Shown in pieces: positions 26,431 through 34,290 of a DNA stretch of 51,051 nt (positions are counted from its first letter, which is position 1; every line of letters begins with the position of its first letter). The translations under genes were made by a program, and so were the position numbers. The stretch is from Rickettsia typhi. Lineage in GTDB: Bacteria; Pseudomonadota; Alphaproteobacteria; Rickettsiales; UBA1997. The DNA is taken from NCBI GenBank assembly GCA_945874115.1, contig CAMCFD010000001.1, positions 1-51,051 on the forward strand. The letters are read 5' to 3'. Under the pieces are notes generated by a model, which ran no database searches, was not told where the DNA came from, and was given only the letters and a program-made list of their open reading frames with translations.

Positions 26431-26793
26431 ATGAAATATTTAAAAATAATAAGCCTAATCTCGATATTATCGCTGACTTTTTTTGTCGGCTCTTGTAGGC
26501 AGATAGGCAAAAAAATGCCAAATACTCCACTTAGTGATTTTAAAGATACGATGGCGACCGCAACTCCTGATTTTAGAAAGGGTTGGTACGATGGTTGTGA
26601 AGTCGGGCTTTCGACCGGAGCTAATACTTTTTATAAAACTCTCTATAAAAGTAATCAAATTGATGGTTATAAAATGACCGAGTCTCCTGAATATAAAGCG
26701 GCTTGGGGAACGTCCTTTTGGTATTGCTATCGCTATACTTTTATTAAACAAAAAAGTCCGTTTTGGAAGTCATTCTTTGAAGGATATAAATAA
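26431..26793 (+). CDS. Small lipoprotein, paralogue 3 of 5
   Basis: The ATG lies 2 nt after the preceding stop codon. Signal/lipobox 'ILSLTFFVGSC'; motifs 'DFRKGWYDGCEVGLS' and 'EYKAAWGTSFWYC'. Confidence 0.7.
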   Translation: MKYLKIISLISILSLTFFVGSCRQIGKKMPNTPLSDFKDTMATATPDFRKGWYDGCEVGLSTGANTFYKTLYKSNQIDGYKMTESPEYKAAWGTSFWYCYRYTFIKQKSPFWKSFFEGYK

Positions 26794-26794
26794 T

Positions 26795-27313
26795 ATGGTG
26801 AGAATAATTTTAATAACATTGCTGCTTTTTATCCCGTGTTGTCGGTGGTTTGAAAATGCCTCGACCCCATATACAATTGGCGCGGGATTTAAAGTTCCAC
26901 CGGGAACACCAGCTTTTCAGCAAGGTTATCGCGATGGCTGTTCGCAGATTTTTTATTCTCGTGGTAACAGTTTTTATCGTTGGCGCCATAAATATAAATA
27001 TAATCCGAAAATGAACGGCAATTCAGAATATCGTTTTGGCTATAAAAGGGGAGGTTCTTTTTGTTTCAACTTCATAACTCCGGGCGTGACTGCGCCAGAT
27101 CGCTATATATTTCCTAATAAAGACCCAATTTTGGCGATGGACTACAACAAAACCGGTTTCTTTGAGGGTCCGCTCGACGCTTTTATACCACAAGCAGAGT
27201 GGGGAGGTCTTGACGGTGTTTATAAGGTTTGGTCGGGAGGCGGCGGAGATTCTGTGTTTGGCGCAAATCCTTTGTGGGCTGGCGGTTCTAGTGGTCAATT
27301 TTTTGGACAATAA
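26795..27313 (+). CDS. Small secreted/lipoprotein, paralogue 4 of 5 (Gly-rich C-terminal extension)
   Basis: The ATG lies 1 nt after the preceding stop codon. Signal 'MVRIILITLLLFIPCC' is an atypical lipobox. Motifs 'AFQQGYRDGCSQ' and 'EYRFGYKRGGSFC'. Confidence 0.65.
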   Translation: MVRIILITLLLFIPCCRWFENASTPYTIGAGFKVPPGTPAFQQGYRDGCSQIFYSRGNSFYRWRHKYKYNPKMNGNSEYRFGYKRGGSFCFNFITPGVTAPDRYIFPNKDPILAMDYNKTGFFEGPLDAFIPQAEWGGLDGVYKVWSGGGGDSVFGANPLWAGGSSGQFFGQ

Positions 27314-27326
27314 AATTATTTGATAT

Positions 27327-27854
27327 ATGAATTTTGTAAAGTTCACGATTCTGATGTTTTTTGTGGCTTCATGCTCAACGCCAAATTGGTATAAGCCGCA
27401 TGGATATAAATTGTTTAGCCTTATGCCAAAAGGAGGAACTCCCGGCTATAATCTTGGTTGGGTTCATGGCTGTGAATCGGGAGCGGGAACGCAATTTGGT
27501 GGCGCAGTTTATCAAACTTTTTACACTTGGAATCGTGATCCTGACATTTCAAGTTCGCGGCCCGATATTGAGAAAATTCGAAAACGCTACGGAAAAAAAG
27601 AATTAAAAGATGTTAACTGGAGCGATAGTGCTGAAATAAAACGCAACTTTTCCGACTATAATCTAGTTTTTTGGGACGCGCATTATTTCTGTCGTCAAAC
27701 TGTTTTGGGAACTCTTCAGCTGGGTGATATGGATCCGCCTCTTCCGGGTGAAACACGCTATAATCCATCAGCTCATCACTTGGGAAGTGTTTATAAATTG
27801 AATGGAAAAAATGACCCGAGGTTGGGATCTCAAAGAAGTGGAGGTTTTTGGTAG
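27327..27854 (+). CDS. Small lipoprotein, paralogue 5 of 5
   Basis: Lipobox 'FVASC'; motifs 'GYNLGWVHGCESGAG' and 'YNLVFWDAHYFC'. Confidence 0.7.
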   Translation: MNFVKFTILMFFVASCSTPNWYKPHGYKLFSLMPKGGTPGYNLGWVHGCESGAGTQFGGAVYQTFYTWNRDPDISSSRPDIEKIRKRYGKKELKDVNWSDSAEIKRNFSDYNLVFWDAHYFCRQTVLGTLQLGDMDPPLPGETRYNPSAHHLGSVYKLNGKNDPRLGSQRSGGFW

Positions 27855-27865
27855 AGTTTTTACGA

Positions 27866-29038
27866 TTAAATCAAAAGTTTTTGCACAACTTTGTTAATTA
27901 TAGAATTCGTCAAAATTTTCCCCTTTTGCGTAATTTTCATCGAATCATGAGAAATGCTTAAAAATCCCTCGTTTTCGAGATTTTTCAGAGCTTTATAATC
28001 AACGATTTCGCTAAGTTTTTTACCAAAATGGCTGATGAAAATTTCGTCATTTATGCCCGCGTCAAGTCTAAGTCCCATTAAAATTAACTCTTGCGCCAGT
28101 TCGTGATCTGAAATTGCTTCGATTTTTTGAATTCCATTGCCTTTTTTTGCCACTTGATCAAGCCAATTTTGCGGTTTGTGAGTCATCATAATTGCGCTTC
28201 TTTGTTTTTCGCCGTCAAGATAAACTCGAGAATGAGCTCCGGCTCCAACTCCAATATAATCAAGGCCTCGCCAATAAACCAAATTATGTTTGCACTCAAA
28301 ATTCTTCTTGGCATAATTAGAAATTTCATAATTTAAAAAACCATTCTTGTCCAAAACTTCGTTGGTTTTTTCATAAATCTCTGCGGATAATTCTTCGTCT
28401 GGCAATGTAAATTTTTTGTCGGCAAAATCTCTAAAAAATGGCGTGCCTTTTTCAATCGTAAGTTGATAAAGCGAAATATGTTTTGAGCCAAAACTTAGCG
28501 CCAATTCTATTTCTTTAAGCCATTCTTCAGCTTTTTGTTTTGGCCTTGCATAAATTAAATCAAACGAAAAATTGTCGAAAATTTGCGCAGTGTTTTTTAT
28601 CACCGAAATTGCTTCTTGCGATGAATGGTTGCGTCCCAAAAATTTTAAATCTTCGTTGTTAAGAGCTTGAATTCCGATCGACAAACGATTTATTCCGGTT
28701 TTTTTTAATTCCAAAAATTTCGCACTTTCGTAAGAAGTTGGGTTGGTTTCCAGCGTAATTTCGCAATCATTGCTAATTTTCCAATTTTTGGCAATTCTGT
28801 TTAAAATTGCCTCAACTAAGCTAATTGGCATCAATGAAGGCGTGCCTCCGCCAAAGAAAATCGTTTTTATTTCGCGATTTTCTAAATTTTTGCCAAAAAA
28901 ATCTATTTCATTAATATAACATTGCTCAAAATTTTTATGATCAATATTTTGTGAAACGTGTGAATTAAAGTCGCAATACGGACATTTCGACTTGCAAAAA
29001 GGATAATGAACATAGACAGAAAGCGGTTTTGTAGCCAT
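27866..29038 (-). CDS. hemW: Radical SAM heme chaperone HemW (HemN-like, coproporphyrinogen III oxidase family)
   Basis: 390 aa with 'YVHYPFCKSKCPYCDFNS' (CxxxCxxC), 'FFGGGTPS' and 'NRLSIGIQ'. Confidence 0.88.
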   Translation of the reverse strand: MATKPLSVYVHYPFCKSKCPYCDFNSHVSQNIDHKNFEQCYINEIDFFGKNLENREIKTIFFGGGTPSLMPISLVEAILNRIAKNWKISNDCEITLETNPTSYESAKFLELKKTGINRLSIGIQALNNEDLKFLGRNHSSQEAISVIKNTAQIFDNFSFDLIYARPKQKAEEWLKEIELALSFGSKHISLYQLTIEKGTPFFRDFADKKFTLPDEELSAEIYEKTNEVLDKNGFLNYEISNYAKKNFECKHNLVYWRGLDYIGVGAGAHSRVYLDGEKQRSAIMMTHKPQNWLDQVAKKGNGIQKIEAISDHELAQELILMGLRLDAGINDEIFISHFGKKLSEIVDYKALKNLENEGFLSISHDSMKITQKGKILTNSIINKVVQKLLI

Positions 29039-29072
29039 ATTAATTTTTCTTGTATTTATTTATGCGCAATGT

Positions 29073-29091
29073 TATAATGATAACCATTATC
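29073..29091. promoter_or_regulatory. Fur box (matches GATAATGATAATCATTATC at 17 of 19 positions)
   Basis: 'TATAATGATAACCATTATC' lies 44 nt upstream of the FTR1 permease ATG. It contains a TATAAT hexamer, so repressor binding would occlude the -10. Confidence 0.65.
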
Positions 29092-29134
29092 AATATTTGT
29101 GCTTCATCAGGACTAATAAATAAATTATAACAAA

Positions 29135-29956
29135 ATGCTACAAATTTTAATAGTAGTTTTTCGCGAAATGCTTGAAATTTCTTTAATTCTCGGAGTTTTA
29201 ACTGTCGCAACAAGACAGATAAAGGGTCGCGACAAGTGGATTTGGGGTGGTTTATTGCTTGGAATTTTCGGTTCATTTTTATTGGCCTTATCAACCGATT
29301 CAATCTCGCAAAGCCTTGATGGCGTTGGACAAGAAATATTCAACGGCGCAATTTTACTTTCGGCTGCAATCATGATTTCGTGGACAGTGATTTGGATGCA
29401 GCAACACGCCAGAAGCTTGTCGGGCGAATTTAAAAATCTCGGAAAATCAATAGAGCGGGGCGCAAGGCCGCCATACAGCCTTCTCATCGTAGTATTTTTA
29501 TCAGTTTTGCGCGAAGGTTCTGAAATTGTTCTTTTCACTTACAGCTCGTTCATTTCTGGCATTGCTTTTAACGAAATAATCATTGGATTATTGTGTGGCG
29601 TTGCGCTTGGAGTCGGAATCGGAGTCGCTTTATATTTCGGAATGCTTAAAATTTTTGGCAAATATTTCTTTAAAGTTACAACTTTAATCCTAGTTTTTTT
29701 AGCTTGTTCAATAACCGCGCAAGCCTTTGGTTTTTGGGTCAGCGCCGATTTTGTTCCGTCAATTGTTGATCAAGTTTGGGACAGTTCTAATATTTTATCG
29801 CAAAAAAGTTTTTTCGGAAATTTCCTTCATATTTTCTTTGGTTATATTGACCAGCCATCAGCTGTTCAAATCATCGCTTATTTGACAAATTTGACAATAT
29901 TATTTTTTGGGCTTAAAATCGCTTCTAAAAAAATTAACAATGGCAAGAAAATTTAA
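29135..29956 (+). CDS. FTR1 family high-affinity iron permease (EfeU-like)
   Basis: 273 aa with seven TM segments and two REXXE motifs ('FREMLE', 'LREGSE'). Confidence 0.8.
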   Translation: MLQILIVVFREMLEISLILGVLTVATRQIKGRDKWIWGGLLLGIFGSFLLALSTDSISQSLDGVGQEIFNGAILLSAAIMISWTVIWMQQHARSLSGEFKNLGKSIERGARPPYSLLIVVFLSVLREGSEIVLFTYSSFISGIAFNEIIIGLLCGVALGVGIGVALYFGMLKIFGKYFFKVTTLILVFLACSITAQAFGFWVSADFVPSIVDQVWDSSNILSQKSFFGNFLHIFFGYIDQPSAVQIIAYLTNLTILFFGLKIASKKINNGKKI

Positions 29957-30710
29957 AATTTTTGGTCGTGAATTTGAATGGTACGACGTAAAAACCAAAT
30001 TTAAAAAGCTGCTTCGAGGCCTTTTCTATTTAGGTTTTACGCAAGAGTTAATCTGCTACATAATAATTTTTTATATGTGGTTGGTTTATTTAACTAGCAC
30101 CAAGAAATTCGTAAATTTTGAACCGTTCACAGAATTGTTGCGCCAGAAACGTGCGATAATTCTGGCTTCGTGGCATAATCGCTTGATGATGACGCCTTTC
30201 GTTTTACTTTCAGCTAGGAAAAAAGCTAAGCTTAAATATAACATGATGACTCTGGTTTCACGCCATGGCGACGGAAGATTTGTCGGCATTGTCATGGAGA
30301 AATTCGGCTTTAAAAATATGTATGGTTCATCACAAGACAGCCGCAAAAGCACTCGCGGCATTGATTTAGCAACGATGAGAAGTTTAATTCGCGGCCTAAA
30401 AAACGGACACGGCTTGGGGATTACGCCAGACGGCCCTAGGGGTCCCAATCAAAAAATTAATGGCGAGATTGTCAACATCGCCAAAATTTCTGGTGCGGTT
30501 ATCGTGCCAATTTCCTACTCAACTTCGCGCATGATCGAGCTTAACAGCTGGGACAAGTTCAAGATTCCTTTGCCGTTTTCGAAATTAACTTTTTATTGCG
30601 GCGAGTTCTTTGAAATAGACAAAAACTTGCCCAAAGAAGATGAAGAAAAAATGCGTCTCAGATTAGAAAATGCGATGAATTTTGCGCAAGAAGAATCTCG
30701 AAAATTCTAA
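29940..30710 (+). CDS. DUF374 domain protein (lysophospholipid acyltransferase-like)
   Basis: 'ASWHNRL' and 'GITPDGPRGP' are DUF374 signatures. The ATG at 29940 gives 'MARKFKIF...'; the track ORF starts at 29907. Confidence 0.7.
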   Translation: MARKFKIFGREFEWYDVKTKFKKLLRGLFYLGFTQELICYIIIFYMWLVYLTSTKKFVNFEPFTELLRQKRAIILASWHNRLMMTPFVLLSARKKAKLKYNMMTLVSRHGDGRFVGIVMEKFGFKNMYGSSQDSRKSTRGIDLATMRSLIRGLKNGHGLGITPDGPRGPNQKINGEIVNIAKISGAVIVPISYSTSRMIELNSWDKFKIPLPFSKLTFYCGEFFEIDKNLPKEDEEKMRLRLENAMNFAQEESRKF

Positions 30711-30727
30711 AATTATTGCGCCATAAA

Positions 30728-31192
30728 ATGCAAAAAATTCTTTTTATCTGCACCGGAAACATCTGTAGATCGCCAACCGCAGAAGCAGTTGCGCGCCACA
30801 AAGCAATTATTGCCAAAAAACAAGACTCATTTATTTTTGACTCAGCAGCCACCAGCAATCATCATGCAGGACAAGCTTGCGATAAAAGATCGGTTGAAAT
30901 TGGCGAGGCGCGCGGAATTTCATTTAAAAACATTTATTCGCGCCAAATTAACAAGCAAGATTTTGAAAATTTCGATTTCATTTTTTGCATGGATCGCGGC
31001 CATTTATCAACTCTTTATCGAATTGCTGATCAAAAATATCACCACAAAATTCATTTATTTTTACAATTTTGTGGCGTAAAAAATTCTTGGAATGATGAGG
31101 TAATAGACCCATATTACGGCTCTAATAAAGGATTTGAAGAAGTTTTTGATATGATTGATTTGGCGCTTCAAGAAATGTTTGTCATTTTATAA
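30728..31192 (+). CDS. Low-molecular-weight protein tyrosine phosphatase
   Basis: 'ILFICTGNICRSP' (C-X5-R-S P-loop) and 'DPYY' (the Asp general acid). Confidence 0.88.
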   Translation: MQKILFICTGNICRSPTAEAVARHKAIIAKKQDSFIFDSAATSNHHAGQACDKRSVEIGEARGISFKNIYSRQINKQDFENFDFIFCMDRGHLSTLYRIADQKYHHKIHLFLQFCGVKNSWNDEVIDPYYGSNKGFEEVFDMIDLALQEMFVIL

Positions 31193-31339
31193 GTAAAAAA
31201 TATGGCTAAATATTTTTTTTCATAATAAAATGACGACATTAATGCGTTATTTTACAAATAAAAGAGTGAATTTTCTCTAAAAATGGCCAAAATATAATAA
31301 TTCTCGCTACTTATTAATAATTTTCGAAGCTTCCAAAAA

Positions 31340-33829
31340 ATGAATTTATCTATGTTTAGAATCTTGTTATTACTCTTGCTGATTTCCGCTTGTGGTGGAG
31401 GTGGCGGAGGTGGAGGTAGGGGGCCTCTCACCACCCCGACTCCTGTCATAAATGATCCAGAGCCAGAGCCGGAGCCGGAGCCTGACACAGCTTGGATCGA
31501 TAGCGTTAGTGTTGCTGAGGCCAATGTATACAGAACCGCAGAATATAACGCGCAGTGGGGCCTTGAGGCAATTGGGGCTGCGAAAGCCTACGCGTTGCTG
31601 GCAAAAAATGACAAAGCTGTTGGGGGTCAGGGCGTAAAAATTGCCATTGCTGACAGTGGGGCGCGTGTTGCTCACAACGAAATTGCAGGAAATATTATCA
31701 CCGCCGACAGCTATAATTATTTTTATGAAAACGCCAATGTTGACGATGCTCACGGACACGGAACCCACGTCGCTTCAACGGCCGCTGGCGTTAAGAATGG
31801 AGGTGGCATGCACGGTGTCGCTTATAATTCACAAATTATAGTTTCTGATTTATTTAATGACACCACTGATCTTGGAGACATTTCTGGTGCGCTCGACGGC
31901 TCGTCTGACAAGGGTGCAAAAGTCGTAAACGCCAGCGTTTCATATGGAACATACACTGCTTATAATGGCGACACCATCTCGGCGGGCACTGACACCGCGA
32001 TCATCAACGCCATAACCGATGCAAGAGTAAATGACGTTTTATTTGTGTTCGCCGCCGGAAACGACGCTGATAACGCGGGAAACGGTCAAACCGGTTTTCA
32101 AGATCCTAATTATTTAATTCATCAAAAGCCGTCAAAGCCAGCTTTGTTCGCCAATAATCCAACTTTAGAAGGTTATGTTTTGGCGGTTGGCGCCGTTGAT
32201 GAAAATGGCGACATCGCCGATTTCAGCAATAATTGCACGGTTACTAAAGATTATTGTTTAGTTGCTCCGGGCGTTGACATTTATGCGGCATTTCGCGGAA
32301 CTAATTCAACTTATCAAGCCCTTGACGGCACGTCAATGGCCGCTCCACACGTTAGTGGCGCGGCTGCGGTTCTTCGCGGGGCTTGGCCACATTTAACCGC
32401 GCCACAAACCGCGCAAATTTTATTGTTGACCGCCGACGACTTGGGTGTTGCGGGTGTTGACGATGTTTATGGCCACGGCATGTTGAATTTATATGAAGCT
32501 GTTCAAGGCTATGGTTCTGAAGCTATTGTTTTTGGCGCTTCGGTTTCAAGTAAAGGTTACGATTTATCCTCAACTTCATTTTTATCTGATCCAATTTTTG
32601 GCGATGCGTTAGTTTCAAAAGTTGCGCCAGCGTTAAAAGATGCAGTTTTCTTTGACGATTTTGGTCGTGATTATAAAGCTTCTCTAGGAAATAAAATATC
32701 TTACAAAACCAATGCTCGCAATACTTCATTTAATGTCAGCCAAATTTTGCTAAATGAATATGAAACAAAAAATATTCCATTTTCATTTTCATCAAGCGAC
32801 GGAAAATCGAACACGAAAATTAATTTTAAATTAAAATCTTATAGTAAAAATAAATTAAAATTTCAAACCACCGACAATTCAACAATTGGCCAAGAATTAG
32901 AAAATGATCGCGGCTTTTCTTTTGTCGAAACACTCAGCAAAAAATCATCTTTCGGATTTGCTTTTAACGTCGATGAAATCACAAATTCAAGTTCGAATAT
33001 TTTAAAAGAAATGCAATTCTTGTCTTTAAATTCTCTAAATTCAAATCCATTTCAAAATTTCGTGAATCAAGGATCAGGATCGGTTTCGTTCAATAATTCG
33101 CAAAAAAATTTCAACCAACTTTTTATAAATCATAAAATTCTTGATGAAAAAATAAAAATCGGATTTTCTCATCAAGCTTCATATTTAAGAAATTCCTCCG
33201 ACATTAAAAACGGCAGTTTGCAAAACCAAATTAATGATTTTAATTTGGGATTCAAGGCTAACAAAAATTCCGATATTTCTGTTTCGTTTGGAAAATTAGA
33301 CGAGTTTGATAATAATTTATTAAACTCGAAAGCCCTTGGTGCGTTTGAGTCGGCACAAGATGTTAAAACTTCTTATATGAAAATTTCTATGGTGCAAAAA
33401 TTGTTTAGCGACATTTCTTTAATTGCCAATTTTTCGCAAGGCTCAACAAAAATTAATGGCAACGAATTTGGAATTTTTCGCGATTTTTCAAACATAAAAA
33501 GTCGCGCTTTCGCGGTCGGCTTCGTAAACAAAAATATTTTTGGTGGAAATTTAGGATTAATTTATAACGAACCGATGCGCGTTTATGAAGGAAAAGTTTC
33601 AATTGACGCTCCGATCGCTCGCGACTTGGCCGGAAACGTTACGCGATATCAAGATAAAATTTCGCTAAAACCAGTTGGAAAAGAGCAAAATCTCGAATTA
33701 TTTTTCGCAAAAAGCCTTGGTAATTTTTCGCGAGTTTCTCTAAACTTGATCGCGATAAAAGATGCTGGAAATATCGTCAGAAGAAACAAAGATTATTTTG
33801 CGATAATGAATTACGGACTGGCGTTTTAA
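31340..33829 (+). CDS. Lipidated subtilisin-like (S8) serine protease autotransporter (NalP/SphB1-like architecture)
   Basis: 829 aa with lipobox 'LLLISAC'. The catalytic triad contexts are 'IAIADSG' (Asp), 'HGHGTHVAS' (His) and 'GTSMAAPHVSGAAAVL' (Ser). The Asn/Ser-rich C-terminal ~300 aa show alternating beta-strand patterns and a terminal 'YGLAF', consistent with an autotransporter barrel. Confidence 0.8.
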   Translation: MNLSMFRILLLLLLISACGGGGGGGGRGPLTTPTPVINDPEPEPEPEPDTAWIDSVSVAEANVYRTAEYNAQWGLEAIGAAKAYALLAKNDKAVGGQGVKIAIADSGARVAHNEIAGNIITADSYNYFYENANVDDAHGHGTHVASTAAGVKNGGGMHGVAYNSQIIVSDLFNDTTDLGDISGALDGSSDKGAKVVNASVSYGTYTAYNGDTISAGTDTAIINAITDARVNDVLFVFAAGNDADNAGNGQTGFQDPNYLIHQKPSKPALFANNPTLEGYVLAVGAVDENGDIADFSNNCTVTKDYCLVAPGVDIYAAFRGTNSTYQALDGTSMAAPHVSGAAAVLRGAWPHLTAPQTAQILLLTADDLGVAGVDDVYGHGMLNLYEAVQGYGSEAIVFGASVSSKGYDLSSTSFLSDPIFGDALVSKVAPALKDAVFFDDFGRDYKASLGNKISYKTNARNTSFNVSQILLNEYETKNIPFSFSSSDGKSNTKINFKLKSYSKNKLKFQTTDNSTIGQELENDRGFSFVETLSKKSSFGFAFNVDEITNSSSNILKEMQFLSLNSLNSNPFQNFVNQGSGSVSFNNSQKNFNQLFINHKILDEKIKIGFSHQASYLRNSSDIKNGSLQNQINDFNLGFKANKNSDISVSFGKLDEFDNNLLNSKALGAFESAQDVKTSYMKISMVQKLFSDISLIANFSQGSTKINGNEFGIFRDFSNIKSRAFAVGFVNKNIFGGNLGLIYNEPMRVYEGKVSIDAPIARDLAGNVTRYQDKISLKPVGKEQNLELFFAKSLGNFSRVSLNLIAIKDAGNIVRRNKDYFAIMNYGLAF
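31394..31483 (+). repeat. In-frame low-complexity repeats: (GGN)8 Gly tract and (GAGCCN)4 Pro-Glu repeat
   Basis: GGT GGA GGT GGC GGA GGT GGA GGT at 31394..31417 and CCA GAG CCA GAG CCG GAG CCG GAG CCT at 31457..31483. Both lie immediately after the lipobox Cys. Confidence 0.85.
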
Positions 33830-33841
33830 GTGATATGATTT

Positions 33842-34288
33842 TTATCGAGACAGTTCAGCAACACTAAGCCAGCGGCTTCGAGCGCGAAGTCTTCTGGCGT
33901 CAACGCGACCTCTAATTGTGCGTCCGCGGTCTCTAACCTCAACTTTGTCGCGCCATTTTCTATTTTCTTCAGGAATTTCCGGCGTCGTTCTGGCTAATTT
34001 TCTTGCTGCTATTTTTGTTTTTGCTGAAGCAATTACGATTTGACGATTTTTATCATGAAGCCTTTTGTGGTGCATGATAATGTTGTCCGTGAACCATCTG
34101 CGTCTTCTATTCATCATGCGTCGTCTTTGCGCGCGCGTAAGTCTTTTGCCTTTAGTTTTGCGAATTACGCTGAAAAACGAATGCATAATTTCATGACCAA
34201 TCAGGTGATGAACCAGCGGAGAGTTCAAAAGCCCAGAAGAGGCGAGGTTTATAGCGTTAAAATTAGCGAGACCTATGAATTCAATCAT
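33842..34288 (-). CDS. Hypothetical small, extremely Arg/Lys-rich protein with an N-terminal HExxH motif
   Basis: 148-aa ORF containing 'HHLIGHEIMH'. The remainder is dominated by R/K ('RAQRRRMMNRRRRW', 'RGRVDARRLRARSR'). It starts 2 nt after the stop codon of the upstream OMP gene (coupled). The DNA is GC-richer than its surroundings. Confidence 0.4.
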   Translation of the reverse strand: MIEFIGLANFNAINLASSGLLNSPLVHHLIGHEIMHSFFSVIRKTKGKRLTRAQRRRMMNRRRRWFTDNIIMHHKRLHDKNRQIVIASAKTKIAARKLARTTPEIPEENRKWRDKVEVRDRGRTIRGRVDARRLRARSRWLSVAELSR

Positions 34289-34290
34289 TT

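Noticed and set aside
31252-31768. Minus-strand ORFs (90 and 132 aa) with poly-Pro and Gly-Ser repeats opposite the 5' end of the autotransporter gene.
   Set aside because: They are mirror images of the in-frame Gly and Pro-Glu repeats of a gene with a clear lipobox and S8 catalytic motifs, so they are shadow ORFs.
33842-34290. The GC-richer ~450-nt segment might be a structured RNA such as RNase P RNA rather than a CDS.
   Set aside because: On neither strand is there a match to the universally conserved P4 elements (GGAAAGUCCGG / ACAGAAUCCGGCUUA-type sequences). A long coupled ORF is the simpler reading, though with low confidence.
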